Notes under the pieces: generated by a model
What the model was told of the DNA's origin: nothing
Seen by the model: the letters and a program-made list of their open reading frames with translations, nothing else
Databases searched by the model: none
Translations under genes and position numbers: made by a program
DNA from: an uncultured Candidatus Binatia bacterium
GTDB lineage: Bacteria; Desulfobacterota; Binatia; UBA9968; JAJDTQ01
NCBI GenBank assembly: GCA_965213675.1
Contig: OZ243916.1
Span: 1,184,001 to 1,248,000 of the forward strand
DNA length: 64,000 bases
Reading direction: 5' to 3'
Shown: positions 32,501 through 42,318 of the stretch, piece after piece
Layout: each line of letters begins with the position of its first letter
How positions within the stretch are numbered: position 1 is the first letter of the stretch

Positions 32501-35500
32501 TCGCTGAAGTAGGCAGTGAGGCCCTTCGCATAAGCCGCATCGAGACGGTAGCCGTCACCATGCCTGCACACGATGCCGAGACGATCGGCCCATCGGACAA
32601 TCTTGACCACGTCTGTTACGGAGACCGGCCTGTCCACAGCTCCAGACATTTCCGACAATTCATCGACGCTCATCGTTTCCTGAGCATCGTAAAACTCGGA
32701 CAAGACGTGAAGCACAGGTTCTGCCTCCCGAACGTCGAGAACGTCGGATACTATGTTCTCCTCCTGAAGGGCAATATCGGCCGCTTCCGCCACTGAGGAT
32801 TGGCATTCCGATTCGGCGGCCAGCTCAACCACGACGGGCCACAAGGAGTCGACCGGGTTTTCCAGGTCGGCAAAAGCCTGCGCCTCCAGGTCTCTCAACC
32901 ATGAGTATGCAAAGCCCCTGGCACAAGGTCCGAGCCACACTTCCCAAACAGTCGCCCTTCCCTTGCGCCTTGACCGTCCCCGGTTCATCCACTCCCAGGC
33001 TTCGGCGGGACCACCGAGGAGCACAGGCCGGACGATTCGTTTACTGGAACTAAGTGCTCCAATGAATCCAAGCACCGTATCCAGCAAGTGAGAATTCCAT
33101 CCGCTACGTATATCCACGAGAACGAAATGAACACCGGCCTCGCGCCTTCGTGACGCAACTTGAAGTTGCGACCTGACAGACTCCACGTCCGGTATCTCCT
33201 TCACGACGAGGGGCTCTACCGATCGCCCCTTTCCCTCGGCCGCCTGAATAAGGGAATCCTGCACCCGATCGAGGTTAAGGCCAGCGAGTCGTGTGCCGAA
33301 TAACAGCGCTACCCACGGCTTGGGGGAGAGTAGTTGGTCTTCCTGTTCGGCCGTGAGCACAGACAATCGCGGTCCGTGGACATCAATCGTGCGGCGGAAC
33401 TGGGATGGATCGAAGACCAGGTGCGGCTCCCGATCCTTGGCATCATTGAACCGCCGCTCAATCTCGTCCTCGTTACCGAGTAACATACGCAAGTTGCGTG
33501 TACGAATGGCGAACCCTTCATCACCCACTTTTCGAAGTATACCGAGGCCAACCATCTCTTCGAGAAGAACTTCAAAAGCCAAATGAGTCCGATCGGAATC
33601 GAACGCTTGAGGCCATTCACTCAATGCTGTTTCTCGGATCGCATCGATCGACATGTCACCTAGTCCCATGCGGTCGTCATGGAAACTATTCCATGCAATG
33701 AGATAAGCGAGGAATTCGTACCGGGAATCGAGATGTATCGTCCACGAGAACAAATTCCGGATCCGATCGCGCGTTTCCTTGGAGTGGAATGCGTGGTCAA
33801 TCTGTTCCGGTAAGACTATGAAGGGGGGACCGAGCGCGTCATCGTTCTCACGCAGAACCAGTAACAGATCCTTGCAGAATTGCTGAGCGAGAGCTGGATA
33901 GTAATTCGTCTCCGCGGCGATCCGTATAACCGAATCCCTCGATTGGAAGCGATGACCGAGCGCCTCAAACGGCGCACGTATCAGATTCTCGATCTCGGCA
34001 CCATCGGTCTCGGGCAGCATTGGTCCGATGCGGACCGGAGCGCCCAAATGCGCCAACGGTGTATTAGGATCTCGAGCCGCTCGTTGAACGTTGTGGAGCC
34101 CGGCGAACACGACCTTGAATCGCCTGTCCGTGTCTTCCATCAACTGCTTGATCTGCTCAAGCACATGGTAGGGCGGTTTTTGCAGCCGATCTGCATCTAG
34201 AAAGTCGTCGGCTTCGTCCACCAGAAACAATATCCGACGAACCGGGTCGCCTTTGAGCCACTGCTGCACGCTCGCTTGGAACCTGTCATAGCGAACCGTT
34301 CCGTCCGCGACGACTTCATGCTCTGCGAGTTGCTTGGTGAACAAGCGCCATAGCTCATCGGTCGGTAGCCTCTGTCCGATGCCCGACGCCTTAAGATTGA
34401 GAACAAGTACCAACTGATCTGGTGCCCGAGACTCGTACTCGCGCGCAATGTGTCTGAAGAGAGCAGTCTTGCCGAGTCTCCGCCCGCCATAGACGAAATG
34501 AGTCATGTCTCCGCCGGACACGGCAAGGATCTTGTCGCGCTCCTCCTTGCGCCCGAAGAACATTTCGGGCGGAACCTCGACCGCGTCCGGATCAAACGGT
34601 TGAGTGAATGTAAAAGCCGAAGCGCAATCGAAAAAGGCGCCTTGTCGCCGGCCGGGCAGCGCGGAAAGAAAGGCAACGAGCGCCTCGTCGAGCACTAACG
34701 TCGGTTGGCTGTCGCCGACCCTGAACTCGCGCGCGAGCTCGCGGCGCGTGGCAACATCCAGGACACTCAAAAAAAGAACTATATTGGGCCGGTGTTCGTC
34801 CGCGGTCCATGCCCCCGCTTCCCGAACGATCGCCTCGTGGGAGTCGCGGCCGCGGATCGTGAAAAGCCGGTACCGTCCTCCGGCGCGTGAACCGAAAACC
34901 GGAAGTTGTGCGATGTTGCGGTCCGTAATTGAAGAGCTACGTAGATCAAATACTGCTTCTCCGTCATTCGTCCGGGCATCGGTCAAGTCCACACGTGCTC
35001 TCGCGAAACCGAGCGCATTCACAACTTCGCCCAACTTCTCGTTGGTCGTCGCGCCCGTGTAAAGTGCCTTCCATGCTTCAAGAAGTCGGACGCCATCGCG
35101 GGCCGAATCGGGCGAAAGAGTCGTCGCGTCGATACATTCCACGCGGTTGCGGTCATTGACCGCCTGACGGACATCCCCAAGCGCGTCTGGCCTGTCGGCC
35201 CGGAACGCACCATATGCTTCAACAAATTCCGGGAAAAACCGATCAAGGGGACGATCTGCCTCCACATCGGATCTTGGCAGCGAATCGCCCCCAGCTATCC
35301 GGTTGATGAAATCATCTGCGACTTGAAAACGGTCGGCGTTGATGAGACCTTCGATTCGTACCCTGTTCTCCTGAGACGTATCAAGATCCTCCAGCCGTGT
35401 CTGAATCTTTGTGCGAAAGCGTTCGTGACTGCTGTCGATCTCCCTCTCGATTGCGTCAAGGTCATCAAACAACGTCCTAAACTCGCCAATCTCCGATGAA

Positions 35501-38250
35501 TCTGGAGGGGTCAGCCGGTCGCCGAGCCGGTCATGGTCCTCTGCGGACAGGATACCTAAAGCATAGGATACGTCGAGCCGGTTTCTCGTCTTGTCATGCC
35601 TGCTCTTGAGACGCTCCGAGGTAACCGAGCGCTCTTTCTCGACTCTGGTTTTGACACGGGCGATATCCCTTTCATCGAGAAGATTGCCTCGTTCTACGTA
35701 TTCCAGGACAAACTCGGCTGCCCGAAAGTCGCCATACTGAACCCGTTCGACAATGCCACGCTCGAAGTCAAGACGATCCTGCTCGGCAAAACGTAGCAGG
35801 ACGCTGGTCGAAGGCAGCGTTTCGTGAATAAGCCCGCTTACACCGTCCGATCGAACGCTGGAGTCGGCGAACAGATCGCCATTCAGTAAATCCTGCAATC
35901 GGAGACGCGTGGAGGGTGCCTCGCTTCCCGCGTTTTCGAACATTTCGACGTAGCGCTCCACCAACCTTCTAGCTTGAAGTGCCGCCCGGGTGTTGAGCGA
36001 GGCGATCTCCTGAATCGCACCTTGGCCTTGGTCATGCACCGCCGAACGTAGTTTTTCCGCCACGGCTATGCTGGATTCTTGCCTTCCGTCTGGCCGCGTT
36101 TGAAGCAGATTGTCCCAACGATCAATGAAACCAACGGCCTCACGGATTTTTTCACGCAAGCGCAATCGTGCATTCCCGGTGATTTGTTTTGTCCGCGGAG
36201 TGCCCCGTAGGGAGCGATCTACCCTATCTATTTCGTCTTCGCCGTACCGCCGCCAATGTTCAGCAATAGCCTTGACGCCCGCGATATCGATCTTTTTGGC
36301 TGGCGTCGCCAGCAACTTGAACATGCCGCCGATAGAACAGCGTTTCTTCTCTGTCCATTCATCAAGTATCCGGTGCCAGACCTTGGTCGCAGCCCCGAAC
36401 TGTATCTTCGATTGGCGCTCCGCGTCGATCCAGTGCGTCCCTTCCTTCTGAAGGAACTCGGCCCTTTCGGTCCAATCCGCCTCCGGGGAGGCCTCGCCGC
36501 GAAGTAGTTTTGCAGGAAGATGGACACCAACCTGGGAGACTTCCGCCGCGACCTTCACCAATTCCCGCAGGGCCGGCATCCCATCGAAGCCAGTTTCCAG
36601 CGACAACAGCAACTGGGCGATCGGCCAACCCGGAGCGATTTGCGCAGGTATCAACGCCGCACCGGCGGCAAGAGCCAAATAATCTACCCGATCGGCCTTC
36701 GGCCTTCGAACCGACCCAGAGCAATTCATCAGGTTAGCGACAAGCGAATCCCGCTCATCGGTCACATGGCTACTCGCAATGAAGGTGATTGTTTCTGGTC
36801 CCGGTAGCGCGTCTGGGGCAGAGAGAGCAAGATGGTAGGCTACCCCAAAGCGATCGTGCTCGAGTGCTGTCACTATCGCCGCCTCGATTTCCCCGGGCGA
36901 AACAACTCCGTCGCCGCGGGAGGTCGTCGTTCGATTACTTTCTCCTTTAAGATGTGCCGAGATCGCATCGCCCGAAGACGCAACGTGCGCGCCATCGATC
37001 GTTGCAGCCTCGTCGAGAACGTCCATTTCCTCGTCCGTAGCCGGTTCCAGTTCGGCGTCATCAACTGGCGATACGACATCGGTTTGTAGTTCTGATGCGA
37101 CCTCGTTCGCATCAAGGAAGGCGCCTTCCGATGCCTCCTCGCTCCTCACCTCCGGCCCTACTTCCAAGGTGTGTCTCGGCGCATGGCCCTTACGTTGCAA
37201 TTCGAAAAGGGTCGAGTTGATGACCGCGTGTGCCCTTTCCCGCTCATCATTAAGCGACGCGAGAGCAGTACCAAGGGAACCCACCAAGAGGTAGTCCTCG
37301 TCCTCGCGTGCCTGATCCAGGGCTTCACGTTTCTCATTGAAAGTAACGTCGGTAACGAGCGCGGCCTCGAAGAGATGGAGAATTTCTTCTAAGTGCTGTT
37401 GATCGATGTTACAGGTGTCAGCCCAAGCTTCGAGCCTTCCAAAAGTGGTCGCCAGTTCTTGGGCGTCGGCGAGCACCTCCGAATAGGATTCCCGCCAAGC
37501 CGAAATCCGCGATTTCTGTTGCTGGATGTTACGGCGCTGAGCCTCACGGGACTCAGCGATCTTGATCAATTGGCCGACGTGTTGGCCAAGGGTCTGGAGC
37601 AAATCCGGTTCCAGGCGTCCAGCGCTCAAGGTCGCCGCTCTCGCCTGAATCTTCTCGATAAGTGCCGTGGCTTCAATGCGTTCGTTATCGTCTGTTGGGT
37701 GCTGCTCTTCAGATCGGTCGCTGTCGAAATGAAGGCCCGCACGGACATCTTTCAGAAAGGTCTCTGCGTCCGGGTGTCTTTCGAGTGCGTCGAGAAGGTA
37801 GTCTGCAGAATCGAACAGGACGCTTTGCGCCCAGACGAATTCGGCGAATCGGTCCCATTTACCTGTTTGGGCAAGCGCACTCCCGTAGTCATCGGCATTC
37901 GGCCTCGAGATCAAGTGGTCGACGCCCAACTCGGTGGAATTCTGCGCATTTCCCAGGCAGGCCTTTCTCAGGCGACGAGGAAGATCCGCCCGCCCATGCC
38001 GTTTGCGCTTCCCTCTTTCGAAGACTTCCTTTGCGCTCTCGTAGTTGGTTCGACCTTCCGCCGTACTGAGCAGGACATGCAAGCGTGTGTAGAAATCGCC
38101 AGTCGACACGGTCTTCTTCCAAGTGGAAGATGACACGTGTTCCAACGCCTCTGCAAAGGCTCGCTCCTGAGTCTTGGCAAACTGCAGAACCTCTTTGAGC
38201 CGTCCGGGCGTCAAGGTGGACGGAAGTCCGTCGCCTAGAAGATACGACAT
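32497..38250 (-). CDS. Giant (1917 aa) P-loop NTPase, STAND-like, probably defence-related
   Basis: MFFGRKEE, Walker A GGRRLGKT, Walker B LFLVDEAD, VVFAGLHNVQR; long helical-looking N-terminus; lower GC. Confidence 0.8.
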   Translation of the reverse strand: MSYLLGDGLPSTLTPGRLKEVLQFAKTQERAFAEALEHVSSSTWKKTVSTGDFYTRLHVLLSTAEGRTNYESAKEVFERGKRKRHGRADLPRRLRKACLGNAQNSTELGVDHLISRPNADDYGSALAQTGKWDRFAEFVWAQSVLFDSADYLLDALERHPDAETFLKDVRAGLHFDSDRSEEQHPTDDNERIEATALIEKIQARAATLSAGRLEPDLLQTLGQHVGQLIKIAESREAQRRNIQQQKSRISAWRESYSEVLADAQELATTFGRLEAWADTCNIDQQHLEEILHLFEAALVTDVTFNEKREALDQAREDEDYLLVGSLGTALASLNDERERAHAVINSTLFELQRKGHAPRHTLEVGPEVRSEEASEGAFLDANEVASELQTDVVSPVDDAELEPATDEEMDVLDEAATIDGAHVASSGDAISAHLKGESNRTTTSRGDGVVSPGEIEAAIVTALEHDRFGVAYHLALSAPDALPGPETITFIASSHVTDERDSLVANLMNCSGSVRRPKADRVDYLALAAGAALIPAQIAPGWPIAQLLLSLETGFDGMPALRELVKVAAEVSQVGVHLPAKLLRGEASPEADWTERAEFLQKEGTHWIDAERQSKIQFGAATKVWHRILDEWTEKKRCSIGGMFKLLATPAKKIDIAGVKAIAEHWRRYGEDEIDRVDRSLRGTPRTKQITGNARLRLREKIREAVGFIDRWDNLLQTRPDGRQESSIAVAEKLRSAVHDQGQGAIQEIASLNTRAALQARRLVERYVEMFENAGSEAPSTRLRLQDLLNGDLFADSSVRSDGVSGLIHETLPSTSVLLRFAEQDRLDFERGIVERVQYGDFRAAEFVLEYVERGNLLDERDIARVKTRVEKERSVTSERLKSRHDKTRNRLDVSYALGILSAEDHDRLGDRLTPPDSSEIGEFRTLFDDLDAIEREIDSSHERFRTKIQTRLEDLDTSQENRVRIEGLINADRFQVADDFINRIAGGDSLPRSDVEADRPLDRFFPEFVEAYGAFRADRPDALGDVRQAVNDRNRVECIDATTLSPDSARDGVRLLEAWKALYTGATTNEKLGEVVNALGFARARVDLTDARTNDGEAVFDLRSSSITDRNIAQLPVFGSRAGGRYRLFTIRGRDSHEAIVREAGAWTADEHRPNIVLFLSVLDVATRRELAREFRVGDSQPTLVLDEALVAFLSALPGRRQGAFFDCASAFTFTQPFDPDAVEVPPEMFFGRKEERDKILAVSGGDMTHFVYGGRRLGKTALFRHIAREYESRAPDQLVLVLNLKASGIGQRLPTDELWRLFTKQLAEHEVVADGTVRYDRFQASVQQWLKGDPVRRILFLVDEADDFLDADRLQKPPYHVLEQIKQLMEDTDRRFKVVFAGLHNVQRAARDPNTPLAHLGAPVRIGPMLPETDGAEIENLIRAPFEALGHRFQSRDSVIRIAAETNYYPALAQQFCKDLLLVLRENDDALGPPFIVLPEQIDHAFHSKETRDRIRNLFSWTIHLDSRYEFLAYLIAWNSFHDDRMGLGDMSIDAIRETALSEWPQAFDSDRTHLAFEVLLEEMVGLGILRKVGDEGFAIRTRNLRMLLGNEDEIERRFNDAKDREPHLVFDPSQFRRTIDVHGPRLSVLTAEQEDQLLSPKPWVALLFGTRLAGLNLDRVQDSLIQAAEGKGRSVEPLVVKEIPDVESVRSQLQVASRRREAGVHFVLVDIRSGWNSHLLDTVLGFIGALSSSKRIVRPVLLGGPAEAWEWMNRGRSRRKGRATVWEVWLGPCARGFAYSWLRDLEAQAFADLENPVDSLWPVVVELAAESECQSSVAEAADIALQEENIVSDVLDVREAEPVLHVLSEFYDAQETMSVDELSEMSGAVDRPVSVTDVVKIVRWADRLGIVCRHGDGYRLDAAYAKGLTAYFSE

Positions 38251-38390
38251 TGTAATGACACTAGCGATAATTTCTCTTTTGGGTTGGTCTACATGTAGAT
38301 GTTCCTTTATGTCAAATGGTTGACACTTGGTCTTCCCCGGGTTTGGCGGACATCTGATAAGGGGCGATGATGGCCTTGGAGGTGAGGACC

Positions 38391-38678
38391 ATGACTCGGA
38401 CGAGACGGAGGTATTCGAAGGAGTTGAAGCTCGAAACGGTCAAACTGTTCAAGGAAGGACCGCGCTTGGTCGGAGAGGTCGCCCGTGATCTGGACTTGAC
38501 GGAATCGGCGGTTCGCAATTGGGTGCGGCAGTTCGACGTGGACGCTGGTGTGCGCGAGGGGGTGAGCACGGGCGAGCTCGAGGAGGTACGCCAGTTGCGG
38601 TCGGAGAACCGGCAGCTACGGATGGAGCGCGACATCCTAAAAAAAGCGACGGCCTTCTTCGCCAAGGAATCGATGTGA
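38391..38678 (+). CDS. IS3 family transposase OrfA
   Basis: RRRYSKELKLETVKL...VARDLDL..SAVRNWV...ERDILKKATAFFAKE. Confidence 0.9.
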   Translation: MTRTRRRYSKELKLETVKLFKEGPRLVGEVARDLDLTESAVRNWVRQFDVDAGVREGVSTGELEEVRQLRSENRQLRMERDILKKATAFFAKESM

Positions 38679-38883
38679 GGTCCGCGTTCATCGAGGCGGA
38701 GAAGGCCAGATTTCCCGTGACCATGATGTGCCGGCTGCTTGAGGTCTCTCGAAGCGGCTTCTACGCCTCGCGTGCTCTCACGACGCCCACGCGAAGCGTA
38801 GAAGCCGCTTCGAGAAACCTCAAGCAGCCGGCACATCATGGTCACGGGAAATCTGGCCTTCTCCGCCTCGATGAACGCGAACC

Positions 38884-39171
38884 TCACATCGATTCCTTGG
38901 CGAAGAAGGCCCTCGCTTTTTTTAGGATGTCGCGCTCCATCCGTAGCTGCCGGTTCTCCGTCCGCAGCCGGCGTAGCTCATCGAGTTCCCTCGTGCTCAC
39001 GCCCTCACGCACACCAGCGTCCACGTCGAACTGGCGCACCCAATTGCGAACCGCCGATTCCGTCAAGTCCAGACCACGCGCGACCTCTCCGATCGAGCGC
39101 GGTCCTTCCTTGACCAGCTTCACCGTTTCCTGCTTGAACTCCTTCGAAAACTTCCGTCTCTTCCCTGTCAT
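38884..39171 (-). CDS. IS3 family transposase OrfA (second, diverged copy)
   Basis: KRRKFSKEFKQETVKL...ERDILKKARAFFAKE. Confidence 0.9.
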   Translation of the reverse strand: MTGKRRKFSKEFKQETVKLVKEGPRSIGEVARGLDLTESAVRNWVRQFDVDAGVREGVSTRELDELRRLRTENRQLRMERDILKKARAFFAKESM

Positions 39172-39334
39172 GGTCGTCACATCCGAGGCCATCATCGCCT
39201 CTTATCAGATGTCCGCCAAACCCCGGTAAGACCACTCTGTAAGGGCACGTTGGACGTCTCTTGCGAAGCTCGGTTGCGCGAGTCGCGAATCTCGCGCGGA
39301 CAACCGTACGGCGTGTGAGATCACCGGAAGCAGA

Positions 39335-39772
39335 TCACGCGGCCTCGCCGACTGTCACGCTCACACGCTTCCCCAACCGGCGCAATGCGCGGTCGATGGT
39401 GGCTGCCTTCGTGACATGATCCGGATTCAGCATGCGCTGCACCTCGCTCTCGGCAACATTGAGGTCGTGGGCGAGACGGCTTTGCGACATGCCAGCCTTA
39501 CGGAACGCCTCGTAGAGGGCCGCCTTCAGCGCAATCGGCACCGGGGGAACAACAATCGGCCGACGCCTAGTCGCGCGCGATGGCTTCGGCAGGTCCCTAC
39601 CCTCACGCATCGTAGCCGCGATCAACTCTCGAAGCAGGTCACGGGCTTCGACCAGCGCCTCGTCGCGAGTCGCGCCGTCCGTTGCGCCCCACCCGAAATC
39701 CGGAAACGCGACGATATAACGGCCGTCCTGGTCGCGCTCGATCTCGGCGGGAAAGTTGTAGGTGTCCGACAT
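39335..39772 (-). CDS. hicB: HicB antitoxin with C-terminal HTH
   Basis: YIVAFPDF..GATDG.TRDEAL, DLPKPS, SQSRLAHDL. Confidence 0.88.
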   Translation of the reverse strand: MSDTYNFPAEIERDQDGRYIVAFPDFGWGATDGATRDEALVEARDLLRELIAATMREGRDLPKPSRATRRRPIVVPPVPIALKAALYEAFRKAGMSQSRLAHDLNVAESEVQRMLNPDHVTKAATIDRALRRLGKRVSVTVGEAA

Positions 39773-39814
39773 CGGTTCAGTTCTCCATATTCGGGCAGCT
39801 CCAGTACTCACCCA

Positions 39815-40027
39815 CTAGAATTCGTCCCTGTCGATCCCGAGGTCGGCAAGCATCTTGGCGAGCAGTCCCTTGCCGATGTCCTTCTTTCGATCCTTGACGC
39901 CAGTCTTCCGATCTCCCGCGTAGAGCGTTCCGTGCGATCCCAGCCCTTCCGACACCACGAAGCGAATCTCCAAATTCCGGGCCCTTGCCCATTGGCGGAC
40001 CCTGGTGATGAACTGCCGCCCGTTCAT
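39815..40027 (-). CDS. hicA: HicA mRNA interferase toxin
   Basis: 70 aa with GLGSHG and KDIGKGLLAKMLADLGI; AGGAG RBS; upstream of hicB. Confidence 0.85.
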   Translation of the reverse strand: MNGRQFITRVRQWARARNLEIRFVVSEGLGSHGTLYAGDRKTGVKDRKKDIGKGLLAKMLADLGIDRDEF

Positions 40028-40059
40028 CTACTCCTAGTGTAAGCCGCCGCCCGCGACTG

Positions 40060-40363
40060 TCAAGAATGGCTGATGAGCCCGCCTCAGTGGCCAGGCTCCA
40101 TGCAATACTCCTCCTCGATGTCGCCGAGCCCAATGGACCAAGTCCGACTTCATGCGGATGGCGAACGAGCCGATGGTATGGCTGGCTCCATGGTGTCCAA
40201 CGTTGATGGTCATCCGGCCGCTCGCACGGTAGCCACACCCACGGCCGGAGCCGACAAACGGCGTCGTTGTGCGCGAAGTCCCCAGAATCCATCTCCAGCG
40301 CGCCTTGAGACGAACCATTATGTCGGTCTGCTCTTCGACTTCCTGGTTGTTGATGAGCAGCAT
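40060..40363 (-). pseudogene. Degraded 5' part of an ornithine cyclodeaminase/mu-crystallin-like gene
   Basis: Pieces in different frames: MLLINNQEVEE, DFAHNDAV..R..VWLPCERPDD..RW, FAIRMKSDLVHW, EEEYCMEPG; family recognised from memory. Confidence 0.5.
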
Positions 40364-40451
40364 GCAGCGTATCTTCCAGTGAAGGATTGGTAAAGCAAGG
40401 CCCGGGACCGGGTAAGACCAGACTACCACGGATGACAAGGAGGAGGACCGC

Positions 40452-40844
40452 ATGTTCATGAGAGCTGTCCATCCCGGCGAGGTCTTGAAAGGCGAGTTGG
40501 AAGAGTTGAGGATCACTCCGACGGAATTCGCGCGGCAGATCGACGTCCCCCCAAACCGGGTTAGCCAGATTGTCGCCGGGAAGCGTTCGGTCGCGGGCGA
40601 CACCGCGCTACGCTTCGGTCACTGGTTCGGCAGCGATCCCCAGTTCTGGCTCAACCTTCAGACCCAGTACGACTTGCTTCAGGCCGACAGGGAGACCGGC
40701 GCCGAGATACGTCATCTGCCGACCAAGGCGAGCGTTCCAGGAAAGGGTGTCGGTCCAGGGATCGCATGCCCAGAGAAGGAGCGCGAGCGCGGATTGGCGG
40801 AAGCTGAGGGGCGGTGTTTCGGACAGACACGTCCAGGCGGCTGA
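40452..40844 (+). CDS. higA: HigA-family antitoxin (orphan)
   Basis: VHPGEVLKGEL, EFARQIDVPPNRVSQIVAGKR, TALRF, FWLNLQTQYDL; AGGAGG RBS. Confidence 0.88.
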   Translation: MFMRAVHPGEVLKGELEELRITPTEFARQIDVPPNRVSQIVAGKRSVAGDTALRFGHWFGSDPQFWLNLQTQYDLLQADRETGAEIRHLPTKASVPGKGVGPGIACPEKERERGLAEAEGRCFGQTRPGG

Positions 40845-41296
40845 ACGGCGAGCAAAGAAAAGCCGTCTCAGGCAAGCCTCTTGCCGAGGATTTTCTTCGT
40901 TGTTCCATCATCGGTTTGGCCGACTGGCGGGATATCGACTACGTGACGCTTCCTGGCGTCGAGCCTGCGCAGCCCCCGAAACAAAGAAAACAACCGAGGA
41001 GAACCGCGACGGGAACACGCCGGCCAAGTGTCCGAGGCCATCTCCTGGACCAGGGCGGAATTCAGGGCTTCAAGCTGGGCATTTTGGGCATCGGGTCTCT
41101 CACGCACTGCGCCAAGTCACTAGAGCAATCGACCCCAATACCGTCATCCCGTCCGACGACGAGCCCCGTACCACGCGGATAACTCGGTAGGACGCAAAGC
41201 AACTCCGCGGCGCTGTCTCGTAGTTGACTCCCAGTAGGACAGGTGGGTATGAATCCAGACTTGATCGAAACGAAGTCAACTTGAGGTACTCTTCGA

Positions 41297-41325
41297 TTGA
41301 CATGCGGTGGCGGCAAAGGTAAAGT
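41297..41325 (+). promoter_or_regulatory. Sigma70-type promoter upstream of the NYN gene
   Basis: TTGACA (41297-41302), 17-bp spacer, TAAAGT (41320-41325). Confidence 0.75.
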
Positions 41326-41331
41326 CCGCCC

Positions 41332-41390
41332 GACTAGCTTGCTAACCCCCCCCGGGATCGAGCCGGAAACGGCCCCCGGGGGTTTTTTTT
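41332..41390 (+). ncRNA. Putative short structured leader RNA ending in a terminator-like hairpin and U8
   Basis: Outer stem CCCCCGGG/CCCGGGGG enclosing a GCCG-GAAA-CGGC tetraloop hairpin via an asymmetric loop, then T8, 9 nt before the ATG. Confidence 0.55.
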
Positions 41391-41399
41391 GAGTTCCTT

Positions 41400-42026
41400 A
41401 TGGCGCCAGAACGCGCGGTCCTCTTCATCGACGGAAGCAACTTTTACCATGCCGCCAAGAACATCGGAATCGCCACGGGAGAACTCGACTATCAGAAATT
41501 GGCCGAAAAACTCGTTATGAATCGGCAACTGGCCGGTATCCGATACTATGTCGGACAGGTTTCCGGCAATCTCTCCCGACGCTCGTCTCAAGAAAAGTTT
41601 CTGAGCAGGATCCAGCGCCAAGGCGTAGAGGTTTTCAAGGGCCGAATCGAGCGCAGGATAGTCCCCCCGAACGACAATCCATTGATTGGGAGGCTAAAGG
41701 ACGTAGTCGCGACCCATAAGTCCGATCTCCGTGGGCCAATTCTCGTCGAACTTGAAGCCTTGTGCAAAATGTCCGTCCCTCAGTACACCGAGAAGCGGGT
41801 CGATGTTTCAATCGCCGTGGACATGGTTACAATGGCGCACGGCGGACAATACGATATAGCGTATCTTCTCTCGGCAGATGGGGATTTCGTACCGGCAGTC
41901 GAAACCGTCAAGAAATCGGACAAAAGGGTATTCGCGGCTTCTCCGGCCTCCGGGTACGAGCTTGGAAGAGCCGTCGATAACTTCATTCCACTCAGACGGG
42001 ACTGGTTTTTTGGCTTGTCCGTATAA
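41400..42026 (+). CDS. NYN/LabA-DUF88 (PIN-fold) ribonuclease
   Basis: LFIDGSNFY, IRYY, EKRVDVSIAVDM, LLSADGDFVPAV, VDNFI. Confidence 0.92.
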   Translation: MAPERAVLFIDGSNFYHAAKNIGIATGELDYQKLAEKLVMNRQLAGIRYYVGQVSGNLSRRSSQEKFLSRIQRQGVEVFKGRIERRIVPPNDNPLIGRLKDVVATHKSDLRGPILVELEALCKMSVPQYTEKRVDVSIAVDMVTMAHGGQYDIAYLLSADGDFVPAVETVKKSDKRVFAASPASGYELGRAVDNFIPLRRDWFFGLSV

Positions 42027-42318
42027 GCGCCCGCAACCACCGCACCACCGGCCGTTGCGATCAACTGTGGATTGTCCGGGGAACTGAAACAGGCGCCCTG
42101 GGGTACGCATAGCCCAGCAAAGGGTGCCTAGAGGTCGCGCATACAAGCTTCCCGTTGCCTCTACTTGCCGTGCGTTTGACCGGCGTGCCGATCTACTGGC
42201 TCAACGGGCGTCGCGCTCGTAGGCGCCGGCCGCAGAGATGCCGGCGCCGTTCCCTCGCCCTGCCCGCGTGTAGATCACACCGCCACAGCCTTCGCAGACG
42301 ACGCGGCAGAGGTTCCGT

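Larger units (their letters stand above)
38328..39234. mobile_element. Two inverted IS3-family left halves fused within orfB (fold-back remnant)
   Basis: Outer ends TGGTCTT..GGGTTTGGCGGACATCTGATAAG on both strands; two orfA genes with A7G slippery sites; orfB truncated after FYASR in both. Confidence 0.9.

Noticed and set aside
40850-41290. Short ORFs between higA and the NYN promoter, considered as a toxin or antitoxin partner
   Set aside because: No RelE/HigB or antitoxin motifs and no good RBS; left unannotated.
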